Below are positions 61,585 to 64,000 of a stretch of 64,000 nt of DNA, in pieces. Position numbers and translations under genes: made by a program. How positions within the stretch are numbered: the first letter of the stretch is position 1; every line of letters begins with the position of its first letter. Source of the stretch: Waterburya sp. (GTDB lineage: Bacteria > Cyanobacteriota > Cyanobacteriia > Cyanobacteriales > Xenococcaceae); assembly GCA_965217895.1 (NCBI GenBank), contig CBDCJV010000002.1, forward strand, positions 1,024,001 through 1,088,000, read 5' to 3'. The notes beneath the pieces were generated by a model. That model saw only the letters and a list, made by a program, of their open reading frames with translations, did no database searches and was not told where the DNA came from.

Positions 61585-62793
61585 TCATGTTATTACTCCT
61601 GCTGTATCTAAGTATTTATTCACCACAGACAACAGTTCTACCTGCGTAAATGGTTTAGTTAAATAGTCGGTTGCACCAACCATTTTGGCTCTAGTTTTAT
61701 CAATAAAACCAGTTCTGCCAGACACCATAATGATTGGAGTTGTTTTTAAAGAAGCACTGCCTCGAAACAAGCTACACAGTTTATAACCATTAATATTGGG
61801 CATAGAAATATCCATCAAAATTAAATCTGGTTTAAGCCTTAATAAAATGGGTGCTGCTTTTAGAGGATCCTCGATTTTAGTAATTTCAAAAGCATCACTC
61901 GCTAAAAAACGCTGCATTTCATCCAAAATTGTCGGACTGTCATCAATACAGGCAATTTTTAATTTTGCCTCCAGGTTTCCTGAAGATACCGAAGTTGTAG
62001 CTGCATTTTTGGCAGGAACTTTAGGTAAAGAATTCCAAGGTTCTGGTGGCTCACGAATAATAATTTCGCCACTTGTGATGAAGGGTTGCAGCAGTTTAGC
62101 AATTTTGAATTCATCTTGATTGAGTATTAAGGCTAGCTGACGAAAACTTAGCCCTCTGAGAAACTTAGCTAGTTTTAATAAAATTGGCGGAGAAGATTCA
62201 TTTAAGGCTTGAGGGTTGTTCAGATATGGGCATTGATAAGGAGATAATATGGAATTGCTAAAATCTTGCCAACTTAGAATGCGTCTTTCTATATCTTGTA
62301 CTAAAGGAGATATATCAAGATTTTGAAAGGTAATTCTAGCTGCTAAAGCGTGCTGGGGTAGATCGATATTTTTAATCCACTTATAATCACCCGATCTAAT
62401 CCAGAGAAAGGTTTCAATTGCTTCTTCTGTAAGGCTGTTGCAAATTTGCTGTGCTTGGCTTCGCTGAAGATGTTCACGTAATACTAGCCAGTTAATTGAA
62501 GGAATTATGCGTCCTCCCTCTAACCAACTCATTTCTGCTTGATCCTCTGGGGATGTTGCATTAGGAATAGATTTGGCAGCAGCAGCAGCATCTTGGAAAC
62601 CAAGATGCCGTAAATGATGATCCAAGGTAGCCATCATCTGCTGAACTGTATTGGCCGCACATTTTATCTGACCTTCTTCTATATATATATTCCAGCGTAC
62701 TTGACCATCAAAAACTTCTAGCCTGCCATTGTTATTAGGACTTGAAAAATCTGTTAGTAATTTTACTGGGTCTAAAATTTGACTCATATTCAA
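61585..62793 (-). CDS. PatA-family response regulator
   Basis: N-terminal PATAN-like region plus receiver (CIDDS, MDISMP, DYLTKPF); first gene of the taxis operon. Confidence 0.85.
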   Translation of the reverse strand: MNMSQILDPVKLLTDFSSPNNNGRLEVFDGQVRWNIYIEEGQIKCAANTVQQMMATLDHHLRHLGFQDAAAAAKSIPNATSPEDQAEMSWLEGGRIIPSINWLVLREHLQRSQAQQICNSLTEEAIETFLWIRSGDYKWIKNIDLPQHALAARITFQNLDISPLVQDIERRILSWQDFSNSILSPYQCPYLNNPQALNESSPPILLKLAKFLRGLSFRQLALILNQDEFKIAKLLQPFITSGEIIIREPPEPWNSLPKVPAKNAATTSVSSGNLEAKLKIACIDDSPTILDEMQRFLASDAFEITKIEDPLKAAPILLRLKPDLILMDISMPNINGYKLCSLFRGSASLKTTPIIMVSGRTGFIDKTRAKMVGATDYLTKPFTQVELLSVVNKYLDTAGVIT

Positions 62794-63072
62794 AACTCTT
62801 TGGTCAAATATTTCAATAACTCTTGTTAGCTATTGTTCCCAAATAAATAGCAATATTAAACACTATGGTTCAAACAATTTCTATCTAAAGTCCAAAACCT
62901 AATGTTTCTTATGTATTAAGCAAATTAAAATAGTACAGTTAACAGCAGTTAAATACAAAAAAGCATCAGAAAGATTCTTTTTGCCTACTATCTTATCCAT
63001 TCTCATTCCGATTGAAAATCAGCGAGGTCGCACAGCTTTTTTTCAAGAGCGAAATTAATTTTTAGTTTTTAC

Positions 63073-63104
63073 TTGACTCTACAGTCGACTAGAGAGTTTA
63101 GGCT
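63073..63104 (+). promoter_or_regulatory. MerR-family-type promoter/operator
   Basis: TTGACT-20 bp-TAGGCT with dyad actctacagtcgactagagagt. Confidence 0.8.
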
Positions 63105-63138
63105 AAATCTATAACTAAATAAATAGAGATACAATCTT

Positions 63139-63558
63139 ATGTCTCATCCCCAATGGTTAACGATAATTGCAGATATATCCTTAATTGCTGCCTTCGCTAG
63201 TGCATTTGCGATTCTTGGCGATATTATTGCCGAGTGGGGAGTATCTCTAACTGGTTTTACTCTGGCATTTTTACTGGGCATTATCTTTCAGTATTTTGCG
63301 ATCGCCTCCATGCGCGATCTCTCATTTGGCGAAGGATTAAAGGCTGCTATCAAAGCAGATACATTTTCTCTAATTGCTTTTGAAATTGGGCTGTTTGGCT
63401 GGATGGCATTAATGCGTTTTGTTTTTTTCAACCCACCTTTAGAACCAAATGATCCCGTTCACTGGTTCATGATGCAGATTGGGATGGTAATTGGCTTTGC
63501 GACTAGCTATCCGATGAATTGGTTTCTGATTAACAAAGGAATTAAAGAAGCAATGTAA
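63139..63558 (+). CDS. DUF4396 family membrane protein, apparently shortened by in-frame deletions
   Basis: LGDIIAEW, LGIIFQYF, AIKADTFSL, WFMMQIGMVIGFATSYPMNWFLI..GIKEAM. Confidence 0.75.
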   Translation: MSHPQWLTIIADISLIAAFASAFAILGDIIAEWGVSLTGFTLAFLLGIIFQYFAIASMRDLSFGEGLKAAIKADTFSLIAFEIGLFGWMALMRFVFFNPPLEPNDPVHWFMMQIGMVIGFATSYPMNWFLINKGIKEAM

Positions 63559-63646
63559 ACCACGGTTTGCTAAGTATCGCTGTTACTAGTCGATCATCAT
63601 TTCCGTTGAAACTTTTTTCCAAGATTGAAAAAATTTCCCTTACCCC

Positions 63647-63678
63647 TTGACTCTATGGCCGACTGTAGAGTTTAAACT
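63647..63678 (+). promoter_or_regulatory. MerR-family-type promoter/operator
   Basis: TTGACT-20 bp-TAAACT with dyad actctatggccgactgtagagt. Confidence 0.8.
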
Positions 63679-63710
63679 AACTTTAGAACTAAGTAAACGA
63701 GATAAAAATT

Positions 63711-63905
63711 ATGACCATCGAATTAAAAGTCCCAAACATGGCTTGCGGTGCTTGCGCTAAGACTATTACTCAAGCACTTATTAATATAGACCCTAGAGCG
63801 ACTGTTAAAGTCGATCCCAAAACCAAAAAAGTAACCGTAGAGAGTAACGCTTCCGAGTCATCCGTCCGAGAAGCGATCGCTGCTGCTGGCTATCCTGCTG
63901 CTTAA
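63711..63905 (+). CDS. Heavy-metal-associated domain copper chaperone (Atx1/CopZ-like)
   Basis: 64 aa with MACGAC motif and AAAGY end. Confidence 0.9.
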   Translation: MTIELKVPNMACGACAKTITQALINIDPRATVKVDPKTKKVTVESNASESSVREAIAAAGYPAA

Positions 63906-64000
63906 AACATTGAACATTTATCAGTAAGTTTAATTAGCAAAATGACAAATGCTGAATAGAATTCTATTCCTTGCAAATCATGAATACGAAAACAAATGTA

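Noticed and set aside
1..64000. Frequent GCGATCGC octamers; tRNA/rRNA genes; remaining short antisense ORFs in the track
   Set aside because: HIP1 is a well-known cyanobacterial feature. No tRNA or rRNA was recognised by eye. The short ORFs overlap well-supported genes and lack motifs.

Overview
AT-rich cyanobacterial chromosomal window. It has abundant HIP1 GCGATCGC octamers and chlM, nblA and nblR; the style suggests Pleurocapsales, which is an inference. Most genes are housekeeping (ftsH 3' end, two hisC paralogs, glyA, cinA, nadK, chlM, iscA, argG). Other content: a sulfated-polysaccharide cluster headed by a broken CapD-EAL fusion gene, a chromosomal CyRepA1-type primase/helicase preceded by two NrdR-like boxes, a PatA-CheY-CheW-MCP-CheA taxis operon whose receptor has a substrate-binding-protein sensor, and two metal genes behind twin MerR-type promoters. 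The most striking structure is invisible in the ORF track. At 50.4-54.3 kb lie two decayed integrons in tandem, with two intI remnants, two attI-like sites, three attC sites and an array of five 24-bp palindromes between intI and attI. An IS630 is inserted in one cassette. Two near-identical IS630 copies carry the same 48-bp hairpin insertion, which contains a stop codon. Several nested MITE/REP/small dispersed repeats and many apparent microhomology-joined deletions are also present. All product calls come from motif recognition, not database searches.
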